This document shows, one piece after another, positions 53,395 to 64,000 of a DNA stretch of 64,000 nt. The DNA is from Vicugna vicugna. Lineage: Eukaryota. The notes beneath the pieces were generated by a model, which worked only from the letters and a program-made list of their open reading frames with translations, made no database searches and had not been told where the DNA came from. The stretch spans positions 7,580,295 to 7,644,294 of the forward strand of contig MU058636.1 in the NCBI GenBank assembly GCA_013265495.1, read 5' to 3'. The first letter of the stretch is position 1. Each line of letters starts with the position of its first letter. The translations under genes and the position numbers were made by a program.

Positions 53395-54616
53395 GGCCTT
53401 GGGTGGGGAAGGCATAGTTTCCAACGTTTCCATTCAATTTTCCGCATCATGATCTCTTTTACTTCAGAGATTTTGGCCTACGTGGGAGTTAACTTCAACG
53501 GCCAAGTACATCTATTTCAACTATGTATTCAGGAATGGGGAAATTTATCACTGCGAGGGTAAGGGAGTCTGTGGGCACACTGGGCCGAGTGTGATTTGAA
53601 CAGCCAGAGAGAGGGTCCAGGTGGAGCTGCAGAGTCAACGTCTTCGTGGGCATTCATCCAGATGTCCTGTCACAGTTTTGGGATCCCTGGTTACTGCCAT
53701 CAGGGCCCTGTCCTCTACATAACAGTCCTGCTTGGACTGGGCATTCAAATGCCTCGGCAACCCTCACAATCGGGTCTTCAGCCTTGCTGTCCTGTTGTGG
53801 CTGTCTTTCCAGCACTGGCAGAGACAGCCTCTTTAGAGGCTACCACCAAGGCTCTCTGGTTTCCACTCTTAGATTTTAAGTGCTTGTTAACTCTTCTCAG
53901 TATCTCATCATCCTTACGCAGGATGACAATACAACTTAGCAATAACCCCATACTTTCTAAATGCCTGCATCATGGCTTCTTTCACAGTATTCCTCTCCAT
54001 AAGAACATTTTCCAAGGTCACCATCAGTGAAAATTTTTAGCAACTGAACCGCACCTGAGCCAGGATCTACTGGTGCCACATCTGCCAATCAGGACAGCAT
54101 CTTCTGCCTGCCACACAGTAAGTGAGCCAATCCCAAACCCCATCTGACCTCCTGTTTTCTCATGTCCCTCTCAGTGACTCTTGTAGACTTGGTCTTCTGA
54201 GAAGCAGGTACCAAGATGGGCTTAAATGTGAAAAGATTCTGTTAGAAAAGCCTGCATGAAAGGAACTAGGGAAGGAGCAGGAGAAGGCTGGGAAGGTAGC
54301 TCCAGCGAAGGGCAGAGGGAGAGAAGGTTAGGTGGAAGTGGAAGCATCCCAGGCTGGCCTGCAGCCTAAGGGAAGTTTGGCAAAGCCATCAGGGACTCCT
54401 TAAGCCAAAGTCACAGACAATGGAGTCCTGTGTTTCCCAGGAACAGGTCTGCTTTAGTATCCCCACTGCACCAGATCCTGTCAAGGAACAGCCCGTGGGA
54501 GGTGTGGTCTTGAAGCAAAAGCAGTGATGGATTTCAAAGCCCAATAGCAAGGTCCTCCATCCGTTAACCTCCCTGTCCTGGGAGGTCTGAGAGGTGCATT
54601 CCCTGGGTGGCCACAA
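53395..54616 (-). mobile_element. ERVL internal fragment plus LTR16-like LTR
   Basis: gag-like internal text and agaagcaggtaccaagatggg...ggaggtctgagaggtgcat motifs. Confidence 0.55.
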
Positions 54617-55154
54617 TAACTGCTTTTCCTAAGGGCATTTCAAGTTTTCAACCAAAGAACCCTCCAATCTCCTACTCTGAGGTTTAATCCCAGCTGCTGG
54701 TTTTCTGTGAGTAGAGCAAAGGAAGCAAGCTGAGAGCGCCATTATTCAGGTTGCATATTTTCACTTAATTCCATCATGTTTAGACCTGTATCTCACTCTC
54801 AACCCTCCTCTGTGCCTGAAGGCCCAAAGTCCAGAGTTACTGCAGCAAAATTTTTCCAGAAAATAGACTGACCAAAAGAGAATATTCTGACTACATGGGG
54901 TGGCAGAAGGGTCCCAGTAGCCAACTGCTTCACGTGTATGTTCAACTGATCGGCCAGCTTCCAGCTCCTTCCTCACCTCCACCTTCTCCAGTGCCTGGGG
55001 CTGCCAAGTCCTAAGGCACTAAGACGTTCTGAAGAGTGACTGCTTTGTTTTCACTGACAGTCTTCTCAGCAGGCACTTGGCTGTTGCTTCTTCAACTCTA
55101 AATCAATGACTATTCCTCCAACTGAGGGTTTCCGAAAATTTGTTTATACTCTTG

Positions 55155-55345
55155 CCCAAACCCATAGAATGTACAACACCAAGAATAAGCCCTAGGGTAA
55201 ACTATGGACTTGGGTGATTATTATGGGTCAACATAGGTTTATTCTGATGAGGGATGTTGATAAGGGGAGAGGCTATGCACGTGGTAGGGGATATGGGTAT
55301 GTGGGGAGTCTCTGTATCTTCCTCCCAATTTTGTTGTGAACCTAA
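55155..55345 (+). mobile_element. L1MC-like 3' end
   Basis: acccatagaatgtacaacaccaaga...aacctaacactgctctaaaaaa. Confidence 0.75.
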
Positions 55346-56286
55346 CACTGCTCTAAAAAAGTAAAGAATTAATTAATGTATTAATTTTTAAAATTGCCTG
55401 GAGAAAAAATGAGAACACATTTTGGATTTTGTGAAAATTATATTAGTCATTAATTACTTTGGACCATTAAAAGCAAGATATTTGTGATTCTATTTATAAA
55501 ATTATCATACACATTCAGAAATCCTTTAAAAATTATAAAATCATACTATGACAACTTTAAGGTTCATTCTAGATTTTGATTCTTTACTGACTTCAAAATG
55601 AACTACTATTTTAAAAATGATTTTATCATATGCACATAGTCTCTCATCCCGTCACTTCCCATTCATTGGAAGACCCACAACTTAAAGTTCTTGGTCTTCC
55701 CAAGGAGCTAGTTTTACCTGATTATATAACCAGTGGGCACATACTAGAAAATTGCAGCCTGGAAAGACATACTAAAGCTACAGCTAAACTGAAGATCACC
55801 AGAAATTGACCCCCCAAAGATCACACACAAAAACAATATTAATTCTTCTACTATCATGGAAGAGCTGATTTGTTTTGCTTTCAAAACTAATCAGTTCTTC
55901 ACATTCCAAGCAGTATTATAACCTCACTTATGTTCATGTCTTAATTTGCTTGTGAAAAGTCACTTTCTAAAAGGAGACTGAAACAGGGTACGAATAAGAA
56001 ATTTCAGGATACCACTTACATGCCTGACGTCAAATACACTTAGATATTTTAAAGTCCCTTTCCTCTATCCCAAGTAGAAAGGAAGTACTATTTGCCACCT
56101 ATTTTTTTAAACAACGGTAATTGCTGTACTAAAGAACACATAAAAACTGCAAGTTAAAAAAATCATTCTATTGAATGCTTACAAGAGAAAAACCTGAGAC
56201 TACAATTAAACACACCTAGATAGGCAGTCCTTCTCAATGAAGGCAATTGTTAACAATGAGCACAGCGTTCTGCGCTTAAATGCCAA

Positions 56287-56300
56287 GCGCCCCCTTGTGG
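56287..56300 (-). promoter_or_regulatory. Putative CTCF site
   Basis: Minus strand reads tgtCCACAAGGGGGCGCtt, close to the CTCF consensus CCASYAGRKGGCRS; CpG retained in AT-rich context. Confidence 0.65.
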
Positions 56301-58067
56301 ACAATACTGTTATTAGATTTATATGTAAAATCTGCCTAACTTTTCTCTGATTTGAGGCTACACCTGTCTCCAAATTAACTATTCTGATCTTCGGGAAGAA
56401 TACAGATCTATTGATGCCTGTGACAGAATACTTCACATTGATTCTACAGACATAGTTTTTAACAAATTGAACCTTCCTTAAAATATTATAAGAACATATT
56501 AAAGGATTTGGATTTTGGCAAATTGGCTTTCTATGAATTAATTTTCTACAAGTTGACCAAGAGTCCTGCAGAGAACATCTGAGGTGAGACCAAACATCTT
56601 CCCAAAGAATATCTCTGTCTCCACCCGCCTCTCTCATGCTTCCCATCACCAGTCGGTCTTGCCGGCTCTAGGAGCAGGATCTCCGGTGCTACAACCATCT
56701 GACTGACAGACAGAGCGTGTGTGCTGGTGAGAGGTTACCTTGCGGGTCCTCGTTGTCTGGGTGTAGTGGAAAACAAAGGAGAGTGCGCTGGTGGGAAAAT
56801 TAGGCAGAGAGAAATAGGGGCGCTATGGTCTGAATGTGTGTCTTCTCACTCCCTAATTCACATATTGAAATTAATGTCTGATGTGCATTCCAGTGTGCAG
56901 TAGAGTTGACCACAGGGATGTGGTGGAACTTGTTGATAATGATACTACCTTCAGATGAGAAAAGTAATCTGCAAACAGTTGAGGGTTTAAAGTTAATCTG
57001 TATCAGAAAAGGATTAGAACCTTATTCTCACTTAAGTGAATACTTTTTTCTAAAATATTAAAATCAAGTCCATTTTAGTGATCCAGTTTGAAAATAACTT
57101 ACTGAACATTTCATTTTCTTTTCCTAATGATAACATTTAAAGAAATTAGACATACACAGGTCAAAAACCAGTGTTCATCCTTTTGTTGCCCATAAGCAAA
57201 CCTGCAATTAGAAGTTACTCAAAATCAGTATTCTAACTAACTGACATCAGTTTCTGAAGTACGCATGTACAGGGTACCCCTAAAGACTGAGCAATACACA
57301 ATAAGGATAAAAAATCAGTCAATTTACAAACAGTGTTTGAATTCATACTCTATCCAATAAAAACAACTAATTTAGGCCCTTCAATTATCAACTTAGTAGA
57401 AAACCAAAAATGTGTGCATTACACAAACAGTGCACATCTGAATCAATCTCACAAATACTGTTTTTATATAAAGAATAAGACAATTATCTCTTGGACTCTC
57501 GGATAAGAGAGATTTCCTGACTGGATATAGGATTCTTGGAACCAGTGCTTCTTGCTCAGCAGTTCGCTACCTCTGTCACCAACTCCCTGGCTAGATCCCT
57601 AATCCCTGCTCTTCAGACAAACCCCTCCTGGATTCTACCGTGTCAGAAAACCCAAATACTCAAACAGGGCATCTGCCCAATGAATGGAGAGGACAAGAGC
57701 CTGAACTTTCGTTATCTTTCCTTTCTGCTTAATATGTGGTGCCACTCTTGGTTCTTCTAACATTTCTTTAGTCCTTTGCTGAAGAGAAATAGAATTCTCT
57801 GCCTCCATATCTAAACCTCTTAGACACATTTTCGTCAAGAATAACACCAACTCGTCAAGGGAAATTTTCCCATGTTACACCCGCACCTGTTCGTACCCTC
57901 CGCAAGGCTACATATCCTGTTTCTTGAGCTAGGACTGGGGGTGGGTTGTCAAGACACAGGCAACTGGAATATTTTACATTCTGAAGGTAGTACTTGACAT
58001 TTTCTATTCTATAGGGAGTATGGAAATTCGACCTACAGTTGAGAAACACTAAGTGTAAAACAGCCCT

Positions 58068-58099
58068 TGCAGTAATTTCTAAATACCACAAGATGGCGA
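58068..58099 (+). promoter_or_regulatory. Putative CTCF site with upstream motif, overlapping a YY1 core
   Basis: TGCAGT at 58068, 18 bp before core CCACAAGATGGCGA (58086-58099); contains CAAGATGGCG. Confidence 0.55.
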
Positions 58100-58997
58100 T
58101 ATGACTCCATGGCAGAGAAAAAAACCTTTTTTTCCCAATTAAAAAATGTTATTTTCCTGACTTTTCAAGACATAGCTGTATGGGGATTTCTGAGTTGCAA
58201 ATGACAGAGAGGAGTGCAAAAAAGCTGATTTCTCATTTGATTCATTAACAAAAATACAAGATTTTTCTTTATCTTTCACTAAAGCTTTGCAGTTATTCAA
58301 AGAGTACCCTCCCAGAAATGCTCAGGACTCTGTGAATGTAGTTCTATAGATCCGTGCTCCACTTACAGCTGTTACAAAGCCTGTTACTTCTGATCAGCAT
58401 ATGGAAGGCGCGTTGCTACAGCATAGTTAAATGGCGTCGTTTCTTTTAGGGGAAGAGAATCTGACTCCTCATTTCCAGACTGTGTGAAACTGACTAAACC
58501 AATCTCTTTAAGCTTAGAATCACATGTACGGAAGGGAACAACATTAAATTTTATGTCATGGGGTTGTTGCAAGACTGAAAATAATTTGTAGATTATATAT
58601 GTTTAATTAAGGCCAAATTATTATTATTACTAGTGTAATGTTAAGACCTGCCAATTAAGCTGAGTATTTTACTTTCATTTTCATACAAAGTACCCTTGAT
58701 TTATTTACAAGACTTCCATGTTTTTCTGAGTATTTTTGAAATAAAAATTCAGCAAGAGTCCGACGTAACACTCACGCTTTGGTCCTCCTCTACAATTTAA
58801 AGGACAAATATCTGATTGAAGGAAAAACAAACGAATGTGCTTTGTAAAGTATAAAACATAAATTTATTTATCAGGGATTAAAATGAACTTTCAAAGAAAG
58901 ATGTCACTAGGGTAACCAAAAGAAAAAGTAGGTGGAGCAGCCCAGTGGGGTTATAGGGTAATTTATGGATTCTCTGTTGTTAGATTTTATATATACT

Positions 58998-59015
58998 CTG
59001 TGTGTGTGTGTGTGT
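58998..59015. repeat. (TG)n microsatellite
   Basis: About 8-9 TG units visible directly. Confidence 0.8.
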
Positions 59016-59389
59016 ACATGAATGTGGACGTATGTGTGAGTGTATACCTGCATGGAACTGTTTTAGATGGGTTGTGAGAGAGGTATTTCTGAGTTAAATA
59101 AGCTCTTTTAGGTTGCAGGGAATAGACACACACTCAGGTTTCCCCCAGCCTGACCTCTGAGCTCCTTTCACTTCTGTTTTGTTTGTGCCTGTGACAGAAT
59201 CCCTGCCCAGATTTGCAGGGGAGAGATTAAGCTGAAGGCCTCTTTTATTCCTAAAATCCTAGGAACAGCCCCGATGAACAAAACATTGGGACCTTGCTAC
59301 GGTCTTTAAACTACTGTTTAGAATCCGTCGGGGAAAAATACACATAATTTCCTTCAATTCTTCCTTTTATTTAACCATCTTTTACTCAC

Positions 59390-59430
59390 CACTGGCATCT
59401 GTTCATAGACACGAATAGAAGACAGTCTGT
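59390..59430 (-). CDS. CCDC169: CCDC169 exon 4 (DRLSSIRVYEQMPV)
   Basis: ttgtag| acceptor, GTG|gtgagt donor; 41 nt. Confidence 0.88.
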
Positions 59431-59486
59431 CTACAATAAAGCAAATATGAGCAACTGATGTTTTATCAGTTTCATTTCAACTTCTA

Positions 59487-59654
<168 letters not shown>

Positions 59655-61859
59655 TCACCTCCTCTCATTTACTCATTAAGCCAACACTACTCTGTTGCTA
59701 GACTGGACTTTACCAGCAATACAGATGAACTAGAGTGAACTAGTGTCTAAGTGCGCATTCTCTGTTAGGATCTTTATGGATGCTACCCTCACACATTACC
59801 ACCCAGCCGGACCTCATTGCCACAACTGTCCTTTAGTTCCCCATGTATCCTTATGAGGGATTCTATCAGACAAAATATCAGGAACACGTTTCTTTCCTTG
59901 GAACTCAGAACGTTCATATATTACAGCCTAAATAGTACTAGCTTCCCATCCAAAGTCCTATTCATTTTTTTCCTTTGCAAAAGAATTCTGGCCTGTTTAA
60001 CAACTACCAATTCTGTTTGCTATGTTAAAAGCATACAATGCCTTACATATGTTAACTAATTTAATCCTCAGTGACAAAAACTCAGTTACCCATTTTACAG
60101 ATGAGGAAACCAAGGTTCAGAGATGTCAAATAACATTATTAAGATGACATGCTAATCAAGGGGGAACTGGGGTTTCAACCCAGTTTGTTCTGACTTGAAA
60201 GTGTGCTACAGTAACACTGTTTATATTTGGCTATCTATATAGGCATCTTCTCTTATCCTTAAGCAGCACCCCCCCCAATAAATTCCTTTAGCTACTGAAG
60301 CCAAAACATTTGCCTTATTGCTCTGGGAGGATACAGCCTAGAATTAAAACCTCCTTTTTCAGCTACAAGGTCCAAAGCTAATTTTTTTTTTTGAGTCTTG
60401 AAAATCATACTTTGCAGAGAGAAAAAAGATGGCATGTTTCTAAACTTTAGATGCTCTTTACATACATGGGACAACTTCTGCTACATAATAGTCTTTTGGG
60501 GAGTCTAAGCAGAAAGACTTATTAGCTCACACCACTGCCAGCCTCCTCAACTCTGCCTCAACCTGCCTTTGCCCTCATCTCTAAGCAAATGTAGTCTACA
60601 AGGAGAGGGGCAGGAATGCCCTCCCCAGCTGAAGTCCAAAGTCATTAATCCAAATGCTTAACAACTGGATGGAGGCCCAAAAAACTGGAGATTAATAACA
60701 TTTTTGTTTTCTTTTCACATAACAGCATTGGCTCCCACAAATCCAGTCAGCTTTCTACTTATCAACCGTTTTCTTTCCTAAAAAAGGACCACACTGAGTT
60801 TTACTTTCCCTGCCACACTTGTTCTGTGATAAACCAGAAGTAATGAAAACACTAAGGTTTGCAATTTTTGCAAAATTTTTGAAAAATCATTTTTCATCTG
60901 TCTTTAAAATGCAGTAAGGTTTAAATTATGCTTTCAACTGAGAATAAGATTAGCAGTTCAAAACAGCAAGTTTTTGGAATAATCTTGATACTAAGGGACG
61001 TTCAAAGCCATCTGAAACCAGTCCAAGTAAGAGATGTGCTGTGATTAGATGACCACAATAAACATGGTGCCAGAAAAAATGATCCCTGACCTTGAGCACA
61101 ACAGCCAACCTATCCAAGCCTAAGATATAAGCCATTATTATAATAGAGACTATTTATGAGGATAAAAATTTAACAGAAACATTTGTGTCTCTTGGGGGAA
61201 AAAAATACCCGAGTAGTATGAAACCACATGAAACCACAGCTTTTGTAGTAACTCTAAAAACAAACAAAAAAAACTTGTACTGTACTTTCGAAGGGAAAAT
61301 ATCAAATTGCTTTGCAATATCAGAGAAGGATCTTGGCTAGAATCGGTACAACAAAAAGCAAAAGCAAACCCAAAATTTAAAAAATGTAGAAGTTTGACTC
61401 ATGGTCAATTTTATGAATTGACCTTGAAAGGAGAAGTTCATAAAGCAAAAGATAATTAGGTAGAGGCCTATCTTTCAAATATGGATTTTTTTCCCAAACA
61501 TAGGTAGCATATTAACAAAAATAAAAAACCAAAGCTCAACTAAACAATAATGCCAAATAATAAGTTTTAAAGTGTTAAAAAAGAACACAGTTGAATGGAC
61601 TGAAACTTGACCCTACATGGACTTTAATATTTCAGTCATATTTGTGTTGTTCACTACATTTATCGTGATTACGGTGATGGAATTACGTTCATTTGAAAAG
61701 ACTTTGTAAAATCAGAAAATGTTAACAAGGAAAGGAAAGAGCCTACTATGTGGCACTGCACTAGGCAACAGGGATAAAAACTAAAATAGACACAGTCCCT
61801 GCTGTCAGTCAGCAGCAAGGCCAGGAGGGAAGGGCAGGGAGCAGGGAGACATACAGCCT

Positions 61860-62185
61860 GAACATTTGTGACTATAATGTACAGACAGGACCTTTAAAAA
61901 GGTCATTAAGGTCAAATGAGGTCATATGGTTCCCCTAATCCAATATGACTAGACTCCTAATAAGAAGAAATGAGGGCACAGATAGGTACAGAGGGGAGAC
62001 CAGGTGACGACACGAAGACGACAGCCATCTACAAGCCAAGATGAGAGGTCTCAGAAGAAATCAACCTTGCCAACACCATGACCTCGGATTTACAGTCTCC
62101 ATAACCGTGAGAAAAGTTGTTTCCGTGGTTTAACCCAGCCTGTCCATTGTACTTTGTTATGGAAGCGCTAACAAACTAACACACT
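61860..62185 (+). mobile_element. MaLR LTR (MLT1A-C-like)
   Basis: ccctaatccaatatgact, gccatctacaagccaag, aaccttgccaacacc, ctaacaaactaacaca. Confidence 0.75.
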
Positions 62186-62339
62186 ATCTACTCTGTTCTA
62201 TTCATTTGTTTCCAGTTTTAATGATTATAGCTTTATTATATCTTGTAGGAGTCCTCTCACCCCCAATTTCTTACCAGTTATCCCTGTCTAGTTATTCATC
62301 CAGTTAACTTTAGAGTCAGTTATTGAAGGTAAGAAAAAA

Positions 62340-63900
62340 ATACTTGTTTTAATGAGAATTATATATCAATAAATTAATTTGATGAGAATGAGCATATTTA
62401 TAACATCCAATTCTCCCATATAGGAAAAGTCTATGTCCCTCTTATAAAACCTTAATAACAAATTTCCCAGTTTCATTTTACTTTAGGGTTTCTCTCCAGT
62501 ATGAAATCCCTTATGTTGAATAAGGTGAGAATTCCAGCTGAATGGTTATTACTCCCATGTAGTCACAGTCTTCTGCTGTCTTCATATAGGTCCTGAATAC
62601 TTCCTGATATTTCTTATCAAGGATATTGTCAGATATTCTATGATTTAGGTTAGAATTGTTGGTGCAATTTTTTTTAAATCCCTATTTTCTAACTGGTTAT
62701 TGCTTTTTTTTTTAATAAAATTTTTTTCTACTACTGTATCAAACCATTTTATAATTTTTCACTAGTATACTAGGTTTTCAATTCATCTTCTGGAAAGCTC
62801 TGGATACCAGATAATAAAAGTTCAAAATTATAATTTTATCTCTTCCTATCTAACAAATATAATTCTTATTTCTGTTTCATATTTTATTGCTTGACTGGAA
62901 CCTTCAAAACAATATTAAGTTTTAATGGTGGCAGGAGCTATCTTTGCTTTTTTCCAAGAACGGGAATGCCTTTAATGTTTTATCATTAAGTATTATGCAA
63001 ATTCAGGATAAACAGAAATTTTTTCCTTAAAAAAGGACAAATTGAATTCTTACCAAAACGTTTTTTAGCATTCACTAATGAGTTTTAAAAAAAAACTACT
63101 TGACCTACTAACATGTATCTTCATAGCCAAAGGATTTTGAACTAGAAACCAGCCTGTAAAATGAAGACTGAAAAGGAGCTCAAAGGAGAAGCCCGGGATG
63201 CAGATGTAAATTTGTGTGCTGCTGGTATACAGGGGCATTCGACACCATATGATCAGATGAGATCACCTGAGTAGTGGGTGTGCGCATCAAAGAAAATACT
63301 CCAAGTTCTTAGAACTGATCAAGATGAAGAGGAATGAGGAGTAGCCAGTAGGTATGAAGAAAACCAAGAGTGCATGGTGTCCCAGGAATCAGGTCAGCAA
63401 AGGATTTCAAGGATGAGATGAGGGTGATGAATCGTAGCAATGCCATTGGGAAGTCAAGATGAGGACTGAGAGATGACACTGGATTTAGCAAATAGAAAGT
63501 CACTGGTGACCTTGACAAGAACAGTTTCAGTCGATTAGAGATGACACTTCCAACTGAAGTGAGTCCAAGAGAGAATGAGACGGTCGTGCTTATGCTGAGC
63601 AAATCCAGCCCATTTCTATCCCTAGATGAACAGTGTCCCAGAGCCTCAGCAAATTAAGGTTCTCTCTTCCATGAAAAAAGTTGAGAGGCAAACTTAAGAA
63701 ACTTAACTGGAAAGAAGTAGTGGCTAAGAGTGTGAGATTTGATGTCAGAAAGCCTGGATTCAAATTCCAGATCTATTCCTCCCTGCCTCTGTAGCCTTGA
63801 AAAAGACATTTAGAATCGTTTGAGTCTCAATTTTTCATCTATAAAATGAGGTAATACTTTTTCAAAGGGTAGTTAAGAGGTTTTGATTTTTAAAAATGCA
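62340..63900. mobile_element. Mixed old repeats: L1ME-like (-), L2-like (-), MIR (~63715-63900)
   Basis: ggatttagcaa...gtcactggtgaccttgacaaga is L2-like; ggattcaaattccag...catctataaaatgagg is the MIR core. Confidence 0.55.
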
Positions 63901-64000
63901 CTTAAAGCTCTACACCAAAACTGACTCTTCTCAATTTTAAGTTACCTGGATATTCTCCTTCCTGTTCTTTGTCTTGTCACTGAGCTTTAAAATGATGAAA

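Noticed and set aside
57635..57850. Possible extra CCDC169 exon after a ctcttcag acceptor
   Set aside because: Peptide does not match the CCDC169 I recall, no convincing donor, and exons 4 and 5 already join in frame

Overview
Mammalian genomic DNA, probably camelid, judged from a tRNA-Ala-derived Vic-1-type SINE with a clean 15-bp TSD. Two tandem minus-strand genes are present. SOHLH2, a germ-cell bHLH transcription factor, has a CpG-island promoter, its ATG at 27983 and coding exons 1-8 down to position 244; all its introns are GT-AG and in frame, and the 3' exons lie left of the window. Upstream are the last six coding exons (3-8) of CCDC169 (59623 to stop at 38852); exons 1-2 lie right of the window. 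The rest is intronic or intergenic with L1, L2, MIR, MaLR/ERV LTRs and Tigger1. Almost all supplied ORF-track entries are spurious. Main observations: (1) the SOHLH2 N-terminus (exons 2-4) reads like a CheY-type pseudo-receiver domain with an apparent Asp->Lys / Lys->Glu charge swap at the two active-site positions; (2) CCDC169 has two broken splice sites (GT->AT, AG->GG), both on frame-symmetric exons; (3) a divergent pair of CTCF-like motifs in CCDC169 intron 4; (4) a poly(A)-tailed, TSD-flanked LTR-like retrocopy nested in Tigger1. Gene identities and exon numbering rest on my recollection of the human proteins. Repeat family names and most repeat boundaries are by eye and approximate.
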